This document shows positions 1 to 10,400 of a stretch of DNA of 49,132 nt, piece after piece (position 1 is the stretch's first letter; every line of letters begins with the position of its first letter). This DNA is from Chromera velia (taxonomy: Eukaryota). The stretch covers positions 1-49,132 of the forward strand of contig JAHBMJ010000396.1 in the NCBI GenBank assembly GCA_018398765.1. Reading direction: 5' to 3'. The notes beneath the pieces are model-generated. The model had not been told where the DNA came from and did no database searches. It saw only the letters and a program-made list of their open reading frames with translations. The position numbers and the translations under genes were made by a program.

Positions 1-820
1 TCTCAACCAACACGCAACTACAGACCGGAACTGCCACAATCCAAGCCTGCTGCAGAAAGACTCGACCTTCTCACATGGCTAGGCAGTCAGAAGGCGGGAG
101 TCAGGAAAGTGTGGATCATGGGGGAAGGGATAGAAACCCTTGAGGATTTTTTGAATCCGACAGGGCTGGCATGCAAGATGAAAGAGAAGTGGTTGAAGGA
201 GAATGCAAGACCAAGGGAGATGAAGATTGCAGAGATATGTAAATGGGTGGTGGATAAAACTTTACAGTTTATAGAGAGTCTTCCAGCAAAGTAGATGAGG
301 AGAGCGCTTACAAAAAAGGTTGAAGAAGACCTGAATGGGCATGTAGACCTTTTGACAATCATCCGGGGTCTGACACTGCCCTTAGTTGTAGACATCTTCC
401 CGGCAGAGACCCAGACTAGAGCGGAGGTTCTCCATACGAAGTATCGCAGCAGGAAAGGGGAACACGACTTCTGTACACATACCTCTGAGTTAAAGTAAAA
501 CATATTCCTGTCACAGTGTTTCTTTTTGTTGAAATCTTTCTTGTTCCTGTCTCTCTATCTCTCTGTCTCTCTGTCTGTGGCCCGTTCTCCACTTTTTGTT
601 TGTTTCTCTTTGGAGGTCTGTAGAAGGACGCGGGAGAAGAAGTGAGCCAACAAGAAGCAGGGGGACTTCTCTCTATCTTCGCCCTCACGAGAATTGATAC
701 ACGCATAAACCTGACTCTTGCAGAAAGAGAAGAGAGCTTAAGAGAGCTATAGGAAGAGAGACTGGTGACACAACATGTTTTTTATTCCTTCTTTCCTTAT
801 TTATCCATCTGGCTTTGCAG

Positions 821-906
821 TTACCCTCGACTTCTGTAGTCGCACTTCTGTAGTCGCCCCTCACCGCCGCCTAGCATTGCCACCCCCGACCGCCCAGGGC
901 GCTTCC
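821..906 (+). repeat. Left inverted terminal copy of the origin-like unit
   Basis: TTACCCTCGACTTCTGTAGTCGCACTTCTGTAGTCGCCCCTCACCGCCGCCTAGCATTGCCACCCCCGACCGCCCAGGGCGCTTCC matches the reverse complement of the 96-bp unit. It begins at the TT^AC end of the nonanucleotide. Confidence 0.9.
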
Positions 907-988
907 TGTGATGACCTTGAATTCAATTTAAAACTATGAATGCTAGTATAAAGAAACTGATTATAAACATAGAAATCGAAATTCTACA

Positions 989-2119
989 ATGCCAGTTGGC
1001 GGAGCTTTATCTTGTTTACAAGCTGTCGAAAGGCCCAGTTTGTACGCTTTTCAATTATCGTTAATTAAAAAACCTAAATTATTTAAAGTAGGAATTGCTA
1101 CTAAGGCAGAGCAACGCTTGAACCAATATCATTTGACGTATCCGTGGGGCGTTGACATGATCTGCCTCCTCGTCTTTCCTCTACATTTTCCTCACCAAAC
1201 ACTCAGGCTAGTTGAACAAACATTCTTTGCTAACGTGCCCCTCAAACATCGACTCAATACCCTGACACGCAGCTCACTTCGACGACAAGAGTGGATTGTC
1301 AACTACTCACGTCAGTTGGTGCTGCAATCCTTTTTTGAGCTCAAAACACTGGTCTATGCAAAATTCGGCTTCGAAAGTTATGTCCTGTACTCCGACATTC
1401 ACTTCTCTCCTGACTACCAAATGACCACCCAATCTCCCATCACGTTCACAGATCAGCAGAAACGGGACCCAAAATTTGTGGATGACCACCGCGTTCCGCC
1501 CTCCGTCAGTCTGTCGTCCGTCGAGCTCCAGAGAAACCAGGCGGCCGTCTGCAGGATTCGCAAGAGGGCACAACAGCAACTGAGCAAGATGACACCACAG
1601 GAGGTAGAATGGCATGCGGGATTCGGATTCAAAGCATGTGATGGAGTTCTTGAAATACTGCACGATTTACGGAGGTCTGCGCACACTTCAGCTCAGGGTG
1701 TCTCACTCGATGCTCATATGACCGAAGGAGACACATGGGAACCAGAAACGAATCTTCCGCCCGATCTTCTTGCTGAGTTCCATTCATCATACAACTCAAA
1801 CGGAGAAAATGAAATCCTTGCGGACAAGATCATTGACATCATGGATGATGATGAGCCTGATGAAAGCGAAGAACAGTCACTGATCCTGCGAGATGCACTT
1901 GCATCCAGCACCGAGAAATCTCAAGCAGACAACACGGAAGAATGCAAGGCAAAAGAGTTGCCTCTCACACAGCAGATCGAACAAATCGAGCGTCTGCGAT
2001 CAGCAGAGCAACGACCATCGTCCCCTCGAGGCGAACACGCACCACACCAGACGAGACAACACGCAACAAAAAGGTTCGTACACCTGCCAGACGGGTGGAT
2101 AAAAATCATACGTCAATGA
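989..2119 (+). CDS. T5orf172/GIY-YIG-like nuclease domain protein with chromodomain-like remnant
   Basis: N-terminal LYAFQ...FKVGIAT..EQRL..Y.LTYP...VEQ...RRQEWI fits the T5orf172 pattern. DTWEPETNL..DLLAEF resembles a chromodomain C-terminal half. Confidence 0.6.
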   Translation: MPVGGALSCLQAVERPSLYAFQLSLIKKPKLFKVGIATKAEQRLNQYHLTYPWGVDMICLLVFPLHFPHQTLRLVEQTFFANVPLKHRLNTLTRSSLRRQEWIVNYSRQLVLQSFFELKTLVYAKFGFESYVLYSDIHFSPDYQMTTQSPITFTDQQKRDPKFVDDHRVPPSVSLSSVELQRNQAAVCRIRKRAQQQLSKMTPQEVEWHAGFGFKACDGVLEILHDLRRSAHTSAQGVSLDAHMTEGDTWEPETNLPPDLLAEFHSSYNSNGENEILADKIIDIMDDDEPDESEEQSLILRDALASSTEKSQADNTEECKAKELPLTQQIEQIERLRSAEQRPSSPRGEHAPHQTRQHATKRFVHLPDGWIKIIRQ

Positions 2120-2154
2120 GGGTGGACATCACACTCACACTCCACTCACCTGAT

Positions 2155-3612
2155 TCACGCACCGCCCAACCTGTCGTCTCCAGAACTTACGACCTCGGGA
2201 TTCTCGTCAAGATGTCGAATGATCGCATTTCTCATGGTGCTGTGGACAGGAACGAGAACGTTCGGATCCTGCCGCTGCCAGAGCACGTTGGCCTCGCACA
2301 GGTAGTCGGAACACTTCTTCAGGCCCTTCTGCTGTCGAACCTGAGCGAGAGGGAGCTCCCAGTTATGCTTCTTCAGCAACCGCAACAAACTCATGCGCCT
2401 GTCCCACACCCAGTCGTCCCACTCCGACTCCGTCACGTTCTTCTTGATCTCATCAAAATCGGGGCCTTTCTGAGCGACAAGCTGCGCATTCAAATATGCC
2501 CTCTTGGCAGCCAGCCTCCCCTGGATTGCCTCGTCCAGCGTCGCCCCTCTTCTGAGCAGCCTGTGGAGCTCAAATAGCTCCCCTACATGCCCCCCCACGA
2601 GATCCCACACCTTCTCAAACTCCTCCTCCGTAAAGATGTTGGGGACCAGAACCTTCCGACCCTCATCTTTCAGCCACTCTTTCACTTCGTACGCTTCGAA
2701 TGATTGCTCGGAAGCCACTATATATTCCAACAACTTGGCCCACAGGAATTCGGAAGTCTCGAAGATGACAGGAACGTTGGAGTTTCCCTGCTTTCGCGAT
2801 TTGAAGCTCGCCAGCAGAGCTTTGAAAAGCTCCGGAGCAAGCTCCTCACCCTCTTCACTCGCCAAATTCTGCGCTTCCCGAATCATCAAAATGGGGCGGC
2901 AAGACGTTTTCTTATGCAGCCTTTCCAAAACCCCCAGAAAAATCTGATATTCGGTCTGTCGGGGCAATTCCCGCTCGCGGATGTAGTTCTGGAGAGCGTC
3001 AAGCCCTGCCTCCAACCCATCTCCTTGGCGGAATGCTGACACCACACCTTTCGCTGTCTGAGCCACTTCCGACGCGCGAATGTTGGGGACACGTAGGTGT
3101 GTACTCCCTTCTTCCAAACGCTCCGCTGCTTCCTCCCCTGCTATTTGTAGGAAAGTCAAACGCAGCCGATCTCCCTCTTGTTGGAGGAACTTCCACAACA
3201 GGCGACCAACGTCTTTCACCCTGTACGGGTCGTCTTTCAAATCCAGGTCGATGACCAGTCGACTGTCGTTTCTCCACTGATCTCTCAGTTCTTCCAAGGT
3301 CCGCGTCTTGCCGACCGACTTTGGCCCGTAGACCATGAGTATGCTGCGAGATGGTTTTTCGTTCACATACCGATTCGTGTCATTCCTGTACTTCAAATGG
3401 TTGAGGCAAGGAAGTTCTTCATCACCATTCCATCTTCTGAGGTGACTGTCAGAAGGACTTTCCTCACTTTCAGCACGTAGGAAAGCTAAAAACAACGTGG
3501 AGGAGCCAGGCCTGGTCGCACTGCGAAAAACCACTTTTGGTTGAGTGAGACGGGGCAAGTGGCGGAAGCCCTCGAGGGACACCACACACAGAATAGACGG
3601 AAGTACTTTCAT
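2155..3612 (-). CDS. P-loop ATPase (archaeal-ATPase/STAND-like)
   Basis: 485-aa intronless ORF with Walker A ILMVYGPKSVGKT, a degenerate Walker B PILMIREAQ, sensor strand VIFETSE and a downstream VGGHVGEL motif. Confidence 0.65.
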   Translation of the reverse strand: MKVLPSILCVVSLEGFRHLPRLTQPKVVFRSATRPGSSTLFLAFLRAESEESPSDSHLRRWNGDEELPCLNHLKYRNDTNRYVNEKPSRSILMVYGPKSVGKTRTLEELRDQWRNDSRLVIDLDLKDDPYRVKDVGRLLWKFLQQEGDRLRLTFLQIAGEEAAERLEEGSTHLRVPNIRASEVAQTAKGVVSAFRQGDGLEAGLDALQNYIRERELPRQTEYQIFLGVLERLHKKTSCRPILMIREAQNLASEEGEELAPELFKALLASFKSRKQGNSNVPVIFETSEFLWAKLLEYIVASEQSFEAYEVKEWLKDEGRKVLVPNIFTEEEFEKVWDLVGGHVGELFELHRLLRRGATLDEAIQGRLAAKRAYLNAQLVAQKGPDFDEIKKNVTESEWDDWVWDRRMSLLRLLKKHNWELPLAQVRQQKGLKKCSDYLCEANVLWQRQDPNVLVPVHSTMRNAIIRHLDENPEVVSSGDDRLGGA

Positions 3613-3907
3613 GACGACGGTTGCATACGATGCTTGCCTGACGACATCACTGGTGGCTCTTATGACTGGCCAAGCCGTGTGGAGTTTTTTTTACTGTCGG
3701 GAAGTCGGAAAATCTAGCGGAAAATTCAAGGAGTGGTGTCTCAGCCGCGTCTCCTTCTATATTGTGTGGGGCCACGGTTATGGCCTGCCGGCCGCGGCAC
3801 ACTAATATCGGGGGCCACGGCATGTCCCATTGCGTGGCTTTAATCAGCTTCAAGAGAAGCCGTCTCCTAAAAAAAAAAGAAGAACCATCGCGCAACAAAT
3901 CGCAACA

Positions 3908-4837
3908 ATGCCACAACCTCAACTCCGAAACTTCTGTTTCACCATTAATAACTGGACAGACGAGGACGTCGAGCGGCTACAGAACCTTCCGTTCTCTTAC
4001 ATTGTCTTTGGAAAGGAGATTTCTGACCGTGGGACGCCTCATTTGCAAGGGTACTGCGAGTTGAAACCTAGGTTGAAACATCCAAGCAAGTTTGAAAGCC
4101 TGAAGAGGCGTCTCACCAACTCTGCCCACATTGAACGCAGAGCGGGCACAGCACAACAGGCTATCCAGTATTGCAAGAAGTCAGGTGACTTCGTGGAGCA
4201 AGGAGATTCTTCCAAGCAAGGAAACCGGTCAGATTTAGATCACAATCGACAGCTTGCTCTAGATGGTGGTTTGCGTGCAGTCTCGCGGATAGGGAACCAT
4301 CAGCAGATCAAGGTCGCAGAACGTTTTCTTGACCATCACGAACCTCCCAGGACATGGAAACCCATTGTTCTTTGGTTTCATGGGGTGACTGGTACTGGGA
4401 AAAGTCGGACAGCTAATTTGGTGATGCAATTCTTGTTCGGTGACGATTATTATCGGAAGTCACGTGGAACGAGATGGTGGGACGGGTATGATGCTCACCA
4501 AGGAGTCATTCTTGATGATTTTCGTGGATCTTGGTGGTCTTTCACTGATACTCTGGATCTACTTGATCGTTATGAGACGAAAGTCGAATTCAAAGGAGGT
4601 TCCAGACAGTTTCGACCCTGGGTCATCATTGTAACATCAGCGGTTCCTCCAGAGACGGCTTACCAAGGAGTTTCCAATGAATGCAACAACCAGTTGCTTC
4701 GTCGCCTTGATGTGACAGTGGATTATACTAAACAACGAACAGCTGGGAGAATTCGAAAAGATTTACTTCATTTTTGTGTAATACTTGGCGGGGAAGCGCC
4801 CCGGGTGGTCGGGGGCGGCAATGCTAGGCGGCGGTGA
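3908..4837 (+). CDS. rep: CRESS-DNA virus (circovirus-like) replication-associated protein
   Basis: RCR motifs I FTINN, II PHLQG and III YCKK; Walker A GVTGTGKS; WWDGY; Walker B ILDDF; KGGS; motif C IVTS; arginine finger LLRRL. First in-frame ATG is at 3908 and the frame is open from 3830. Confidence 0.95.
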   Translation: MPQPQLRNFCFTINNWTDEDVERLQNLPFSYIVFGKEISDRGTPHLQGYCELKPRLKHPSKFESLKRRLTNSAHIERRAGTAQQAIQYCKKSGDFVEQGDSSKQGNRSDLDHNRQLALDGGLRAVSRIGNHQQIKVAERFLDHHEPPRTWKPIVLWFHGVTGTGKSRTANLVMQFLFGDDYYRKSRGTRWWDGYDAHQGVILDDFRGSWWSFTDTLDLLDRYETKVEFKGGSRQFRPWVIIVTSAVPPETAYQGVSNECNNQLLRRLDVTVDYTKQRTAGRIRKDLLHFCVILGGEAPRVVGGGNARRR

Positions 4838-5134
4838 GGGGCGACTACAGAAGTGCGACTACAGAAGTCGAGGGTAATACTTGGTGGGGAAGCGCCCCGG
4901 GCGGTCGGGGGCGGCAATGCTAGGCGGCGGTGAGGGGCGACTACAGAAGTGCGACTACAGAAGTCGAGGGTAATACTTGGCGGGGAAGCGCCCCGGGCGG
5001 TCGGGGGTGGCAATGCTAGGCGGCGGTGAGGGGCGACTACAGAAGTGCGACNNNNNNNNCCCGGGCGGTCGGGGGCGGCAATGCTAGGCGGCGGTGAGGG
5101 GCGACTACAGAAGTGCGACCACAGAAGTTGAGGG
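4778..5134 (-). repeat. 96-bp tandem array with CRESS nonanucleotide AAGTATTAC (minus strand) and iteron-like CGACTACAGAAGT doublets
   Basis: GTAATACTT occurs at 4778, 4874 and 4970 (period 96). An N gap at 5052-5059 hides the true copy number. Confidence 0.9.
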
Positions 5135-5640
5135 ATGCTTTGCCCGTGACGTAGAGGCACATACGTCAACTACGCCAGAGCGCGGAAAACAAACAAACAA
5201 AACACGAACACAAACAAGACGAGGTAGAACAGGACAACTACCGAATATGCATGGCTACGGAGGTGTATGAAAGGGTGCAGCGGAAGAGGACCCGCTCCTC
5301 TAGCTTTCTTGCTTTCATGCCTAACTCTTCTTGCTCTCCTGCCTGGCTGAGCCTACGCCCACCCAGCAGGAGACCCCTTGTCTCCTGCTTCTCTTTCTTA
5401 TCACCGCCCCATCTAGTCGCCTATCTGGGAGAACAGATTAACGAGAGAGAGAAACGGATAAAAGGGACGAACAGTACCTCTGGCCTATCTAGTTCCTTTT
5501 ATGCCCAAACCCAAACCCTAGTTGTCCCCACCCTAAGCAAAAAACAAAACCCTATACACGCCTACCTGCAAAGGGACGACAGAAGGGAAAGAGCAGACGA
5601 CAGAAACAGAACACAAAAGAGAGAAAGAAAAAGCCCCGCA

Positions 5641-5652
5641 CCTCTCCCCTCC
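5641..5652 (-). promoter_or_regulatory. Polypurine tract of element A; candidate 3' LTR starts at 5640 (TGCGGGG...)
   Basis: The minus strand reads GGAGGGGAGAGG immediately followed by TG, just downstream of the RNase H. Confidence 0.6.
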
Positions 5653-5673
5653 AGAAATTCCACGCCGCCGGAT

Positions 5674-7347
5674 TCATGCCATCTCTCCACTGGGGAGGGC
5701 GCACTTGGTCATCATGTTCACCACGTTATTCGATCGTACAATTCACTGGAGATCTGCCCCAAGGACACGCATCTCCTGAATATACCACTCTAAAACGCCC
5801 TGCATGGTCACATCGGTCTGGGCCTTGCCAGACCGGAACTGGTCGTAGAGGGGGCCGGAGTCCGTGTAGACGATCACACGCACCTTCTTGAGGCCCCATA
5901 TTACCTTAACGAGGGCAACGATGCCGAAGAGCTTCTTGAGAAGAAACTCAAAGGCGTGCACCTCCCCGGCGGTGGAAGACCTAACCTTCCTTCCCGCCCT
6001 CTTGGTGGCCCACGCGATCCAGTTCTCTAGGAGGGACCGCAGGTCCCCTCGCAGCTCGATCGAGTGTAAGATCCTGACAACATAACCCAACCGTGCAGCG
6101 TAAGTCGCGAACTTGAACGCTGCGTCGAAGTACGCATGTACGACGGGCACGAGCCCCACGCTCATGAAAACCCGCTTATCAGGGTGCCCCTTCAGCATCT
6201 CGATGATGCGCACGACCATCTTGAAGACGCGCCTGGAGGGCTTTGAAATCGACTGCGCTACCGTGTGGCCCCACACCATACGGAACGGATTCATCCTCAC
6301 CCCCCACTGTAGAGTCCCGACTCCAGCACGGATCAGCTTCTCATACTGGTTGTCGACCTCTTCCTCGCTGGAGAGCTCAACACTCTTGCCGTCCAAACCC
6401 TTCCAGGGTTTGCTTGGACGCTTCTCCTTCAAAATCTCCCATAGAGGAGCGGTGTTGGTGTTCTCGAGGTACGAGACCTGGGAGAGATGAATCTCCTCCG
6501 TGGAGACTCTGAAGATATCCACTCCAGAAAACTTCCTCTCTGATCCCTCCTTAATCACACACACGGACCCAAAGCCCAGCCTCTGGTTGAGGGTCTCCTG
6601 AAGGGCCTTGTGCTCCTTTGGAGGAGCTCCAGTCAGCAAATCGTCTATCCAATTCATGACGATGGCTTAGGCTCTCCCTCTCTCAGGGGGAGCCTTGACT
6701 GCGATGGCCGTGTCCACACGCTTAAACCCCAACTCCTTGCATACCCCCTCCAACTTATGATCGAAAAGCTAGGCCGCACAGGGCAGTCCGTAGAGGCCCA
6801 TCTCCACCAAGTATGTACCCCCGGGCTCGTACTCGGCCACCATCCTCCTCAGCTCCTCGTACTTGTCGTCAGGGATGTCCTTTAAGGGGTTCTCCTCAGG
6901 GACTCGAGGCAGCACAGAGGGCAGTGTCGCGCCAACCCGCTTGGCGTTGTGATCTTTGGAGGTCAAGAAGGTAGCGGTCACATCTGTCGCCCCCATCTCC
7001 ATTCCTATAGACACAATGAAAAGGCAGACGGTGTTGATCCCCGCGACGGATGGCGTTCCGACGTAGGTGTTAACGAGTCGGCCATCCAGGAAGCCCTTTA
7101 TGAAAAACCTCGCCTTAGGCTTCCAGGCCCCATCGTCCATCTCTTTCTAAGTGCATTGCCAGCCCATGCCGACGACCGCCCGAACCTCGTTCCTCTTGAC
7201 CCTCCTGCCGAGCATCCGATTTCTCACAATGTTTACCAGCCACTCTTTCAGGGCAGCGAGCTTGTGAAACGCCGAGTCGATCTCCTTCTTTGTGGCGGGG
7301 AGCTGGGTAGAGCCCTTCTTGAAACGGCTCATCTCCTCCTCGTACAC
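5674..7347 (-). pseudogene. Copia-type reverse transcriptase and RNase H (element A)
   Basis: RT motifs WKPKARFFIKGF, DVTATFL, LYGLP and WIDDLL; RNase H motifs AYFDAAF, SSTAGEV, VYTDS and NMMTK. In-frame stops interrupt it. Confidence 0.85.
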
Positions 7348-7485
7348 GGCGGCAGCTCCCGTGAACAGGAATCCTGACCGAGGGTTCCTGGATAAAAGGC
7401 AAAACAGGTGAGGAAGACCGCACCACCTACTCTTGGTGGGGCTTTTGAGCGTCCCAGCCCATTTGGGACTGCCCTCTTCCCTCTC

Positions 7486-10400
7486 CTACGCCATCGCCCC
7501 AGCGAACGATGGAATGCCTCTCTCCTCCTGGAAATTATCATTCCAGTTCCTCCCCATCACCTCGGGCACTCTCCTTGCTCGCTCCTCCCTCAAAACCTCT
7601 ATCGCATAGAGGGTGTTGAACCGCTCCCACTGTGGGCCCTGCAAAACCTCATCTACCTTGTTCATCTCCTCAACCTCCTCCTTGGGCGGATTCTGCCTCA
7701 CGGTGGGTCCTTCTCCTGCCCTGGGAAGTTTCCAACCCCCCAGGACACCCCACTCTTCATCCGAGCAGCTGTTGTCACTCCCGAAGCCCAGGCCGCTTGC
7801 TTTAAACGTTGACAAGCTGGCATCTGAGACATACCCGTCCTTGTCCGTAGACACCACCAGAGACGGAGGCTCCTCATCCGTCTCCACATTCTCTGCAATC
7901 AGGCCTAGTGGCTCAACTCCCCCAACCTCATTCCCTTCATAAGATGCCCCCTCGGCAGCAGGAGGACCTCCATAATGCTCCGCTCGCTCCTCTCCGCTTA
8001 CGTTCGAGGGAATAACAGGTTGAGACTCAGCAGCCTCGGGGACAACACGTAACTCCCTTTTGACAGGAGGCACAGCAGGGATGACAGAAGAGGAAGGCAC
8101 AGCAGAGGAAGACGACGATGTGGAGGGTTCTGCAGAGACCGTATCTGCAGAGCCTTTCGCACCCCCTACCCTTTCTTCCTCCGGCAGTTTCTAAACTCCA
8201 ACTTCACGGAGCTGGACGGGGTCGTCAATCATACGCACAGCCTCTTCGGGGATTCTCCCTCCCCGAATGTCAAACATGTGCTTGATGGATGACTGCTTCA
8301 CTCTCCCGTCCCTGATTTCCTTGACCTTCAAAGCGAGGGGGTCCCTTACTGAAAGATCAGGTGCGAGGTCTGCCCATCCGTAGCTCCTACGCGCCTTTGA
8401 ATGGAGGGCCACAAGCTTTCTTCTGTTATCCCTCTGGACAACTGCCCTCTTCACGGGGTAGGCCTCCATTGGCTGACGATCGTACGAGGAGAACTCCAGC
8501 GCAGCTGGACCCAAAACTCTCCTTTATTCGATGGGAGTTCCTTGTTCGGACCGGGACCTATCTGCGCCTCCCGGGTGCGCGGAAGGGTCAATCAGCCTAT
8601 CCTCCGGTTCCAACTCGTCACCTCTACCCCTCTCGGCAGAAGACTCTGCCCCTCTTTCGTCGTCTCCGTCATCCCCGGAGAAGATCCTTCTCCCAGACGA
8701 TCTCCGCGGCCGTCTGCGAGCCGATAGATAGATGCGGGCCCTCTCCCCAACGGAGATGCCGTGATGCAGAGCTTGGGAAGATCCGGGAGGAACGTCCCCC
8801 CCGCCTTCTCCACCTCCCTCATCATCAGTTCCCCTGCCCCAGTCTCCTCCAGAATAACCCCCTGAAGGTGGGTCGTGTGGAAAATCGTTTGGGGAAGTGT
8901 CCTCTTGAACTCCATTTCCGTCAGGATGATCCCCCCCGTTATCTTTATTGTCTAGGTCTGACCCGCTCGATCTGCCCTACAGCAGAGACTCAGAAGCGAA
9001 GGTGTCTTCCTCAGTTTCCTCATCCTCAGCACCCGAAACACGAGCGCGAGGGGACCCTTCCCCTCCCCTTCTCTCTCTGCCTGTCTTTGCCATAGACGCA
9101 TCTGAAAGCTCCTCCGACGCTCGGTCCCCGCGGCCGACCTCGTTCTTGTCGACCCTGTCTCTGGGGTCCTTGGGAGGGACGACCTCTACCGTGGGGTCTT
9201 CTCTCTCGAACCTGATAGGGCGCGATCGGTCATCGTGGTGCTTCGACTGGTGGAACATGCACCTAACCTGGTAGCACATCTCACACACGAGGCACCACGC
9301 TTTCTCATCTTCGTTGCTTTCTGTCCCCCGGAACACGTCCTGAAAGTGTTCCATCATCCGATCTCCTCCTTCCGTGTACGCCCGGATGGTATTGCTTGCA
9401 GCCACCGGATCCGGGTCGTAGGAGCTCGGAAGAACATAGTTCTGGAACTCGATCCGCTTGTACCCTAGGGCCTGGCACTTATATTGGGTTACAGGTTTCA
9501 ACACCCCCTATACATAAGGGTATACCCCCCTGTAATGTTACTCTTACTTCAAAAGTGGTTCCAATCGATCAATCTTATCAGGTTACATCTAAAAATATTG
9601 AAAACATCTTCTGTTGATTGAGGTTACATGAGAAACTAACAAAAAACGATATGTCCCTTTCACTTTGTAGCCAAACCCCTTGTAAACTTGTAACCTGTAA
9701 CCTAAAATGACCCTCTTCAAAAGTTATATAGCCTTCGTTTACATGCATTTTAAAGTGTTTTTGAAGTGATTTAAAGAGTTTTTGAAAGTTGACTTTTTGG
9801 TTGGTTACGGACCTCAAAACCGCCTGTAACCTTGTAATCTGTAACCTTGCTAGGGGACATATATAATAAGAGGTGTAACCTCATGTAACCACATAAGCTA
9901 TACAGTAAAAGTGATTGATTTCGAAGTAACTCAACATGCCGGACCTCCAGCTTGTGTGAAAAGCTCGTCCAAATGTTTTTTGATTCATTTTTTATGTTAT
10001 TTTTACACTTGTAACCCTATATGAGCCCAACAGTGCCCCCCCCTAGCTTGTACCCATAGTACCTCTCAGGAAAACTAACAGCCATGGACAGCCCGACTGT
10101 CCAGAACTTCCCCTCCAAAGGGGTCCAGTATACATACTCGGCTCCCGGGGGCTCAATCTGAGACAGACCGTCTGTCTTCCTCAATTCCCTGTCAGCCTCG
10201 ATCCACTTCTGCTTGGGCCTGTCCAAGTAGTTGAGCACCGTGTGCATGTAGTATCGCCCCCTACGCTTGCCCCCAGCCGTATCGGGAGCAATGGAGACTC
10301 GGAGACTCATCGAAGTGGTCCACCCCTCTGGGATCTCAATCCGACAGGGCTGTGGAGGCGAGTGCAGATAGACGCCCTGGTTCTGTGACATGATCTTTTT

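Larger units (their letters stand above)
821..5134. mobile_element. CRESS-Rep-encoding element with origin-derived terminal inverted repeats (endogenous ssDNA replicon or HUH transposon)
   Basis: 821-906 is the reverse complement of the repeat unit at 4778-5134. The enclosed region holds three intronless ORFs: GIY-YIG-like, P-loop ATPase and Rep. Confidence 0.75.

Noticed and set aside
1..500. 3' end of a non-LTR retrotransposon ORF
   Set aside because: The sequence looks coding-like, but no diagnostic motif is visible in this truncated segment.
989..3612. Capsid gene for the CRESS Rep
   Set aside because: Neither ORF has an Arg-rich N-terminus or jelly-roll-like character. Both have other recognisable motifs.
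3908..4837. Helitron RepHel
   Set aside because: The protein is short and has SF3 helicase motifs of circovirus type, not a PIF1/SF1 helicase.
4778..5134. CRISPR array
   Set aside because: Units are contiguous and near-identical with no unique spacers, there are no cas genes, and the context is eukaryotic. The same applies to 34780-35235.
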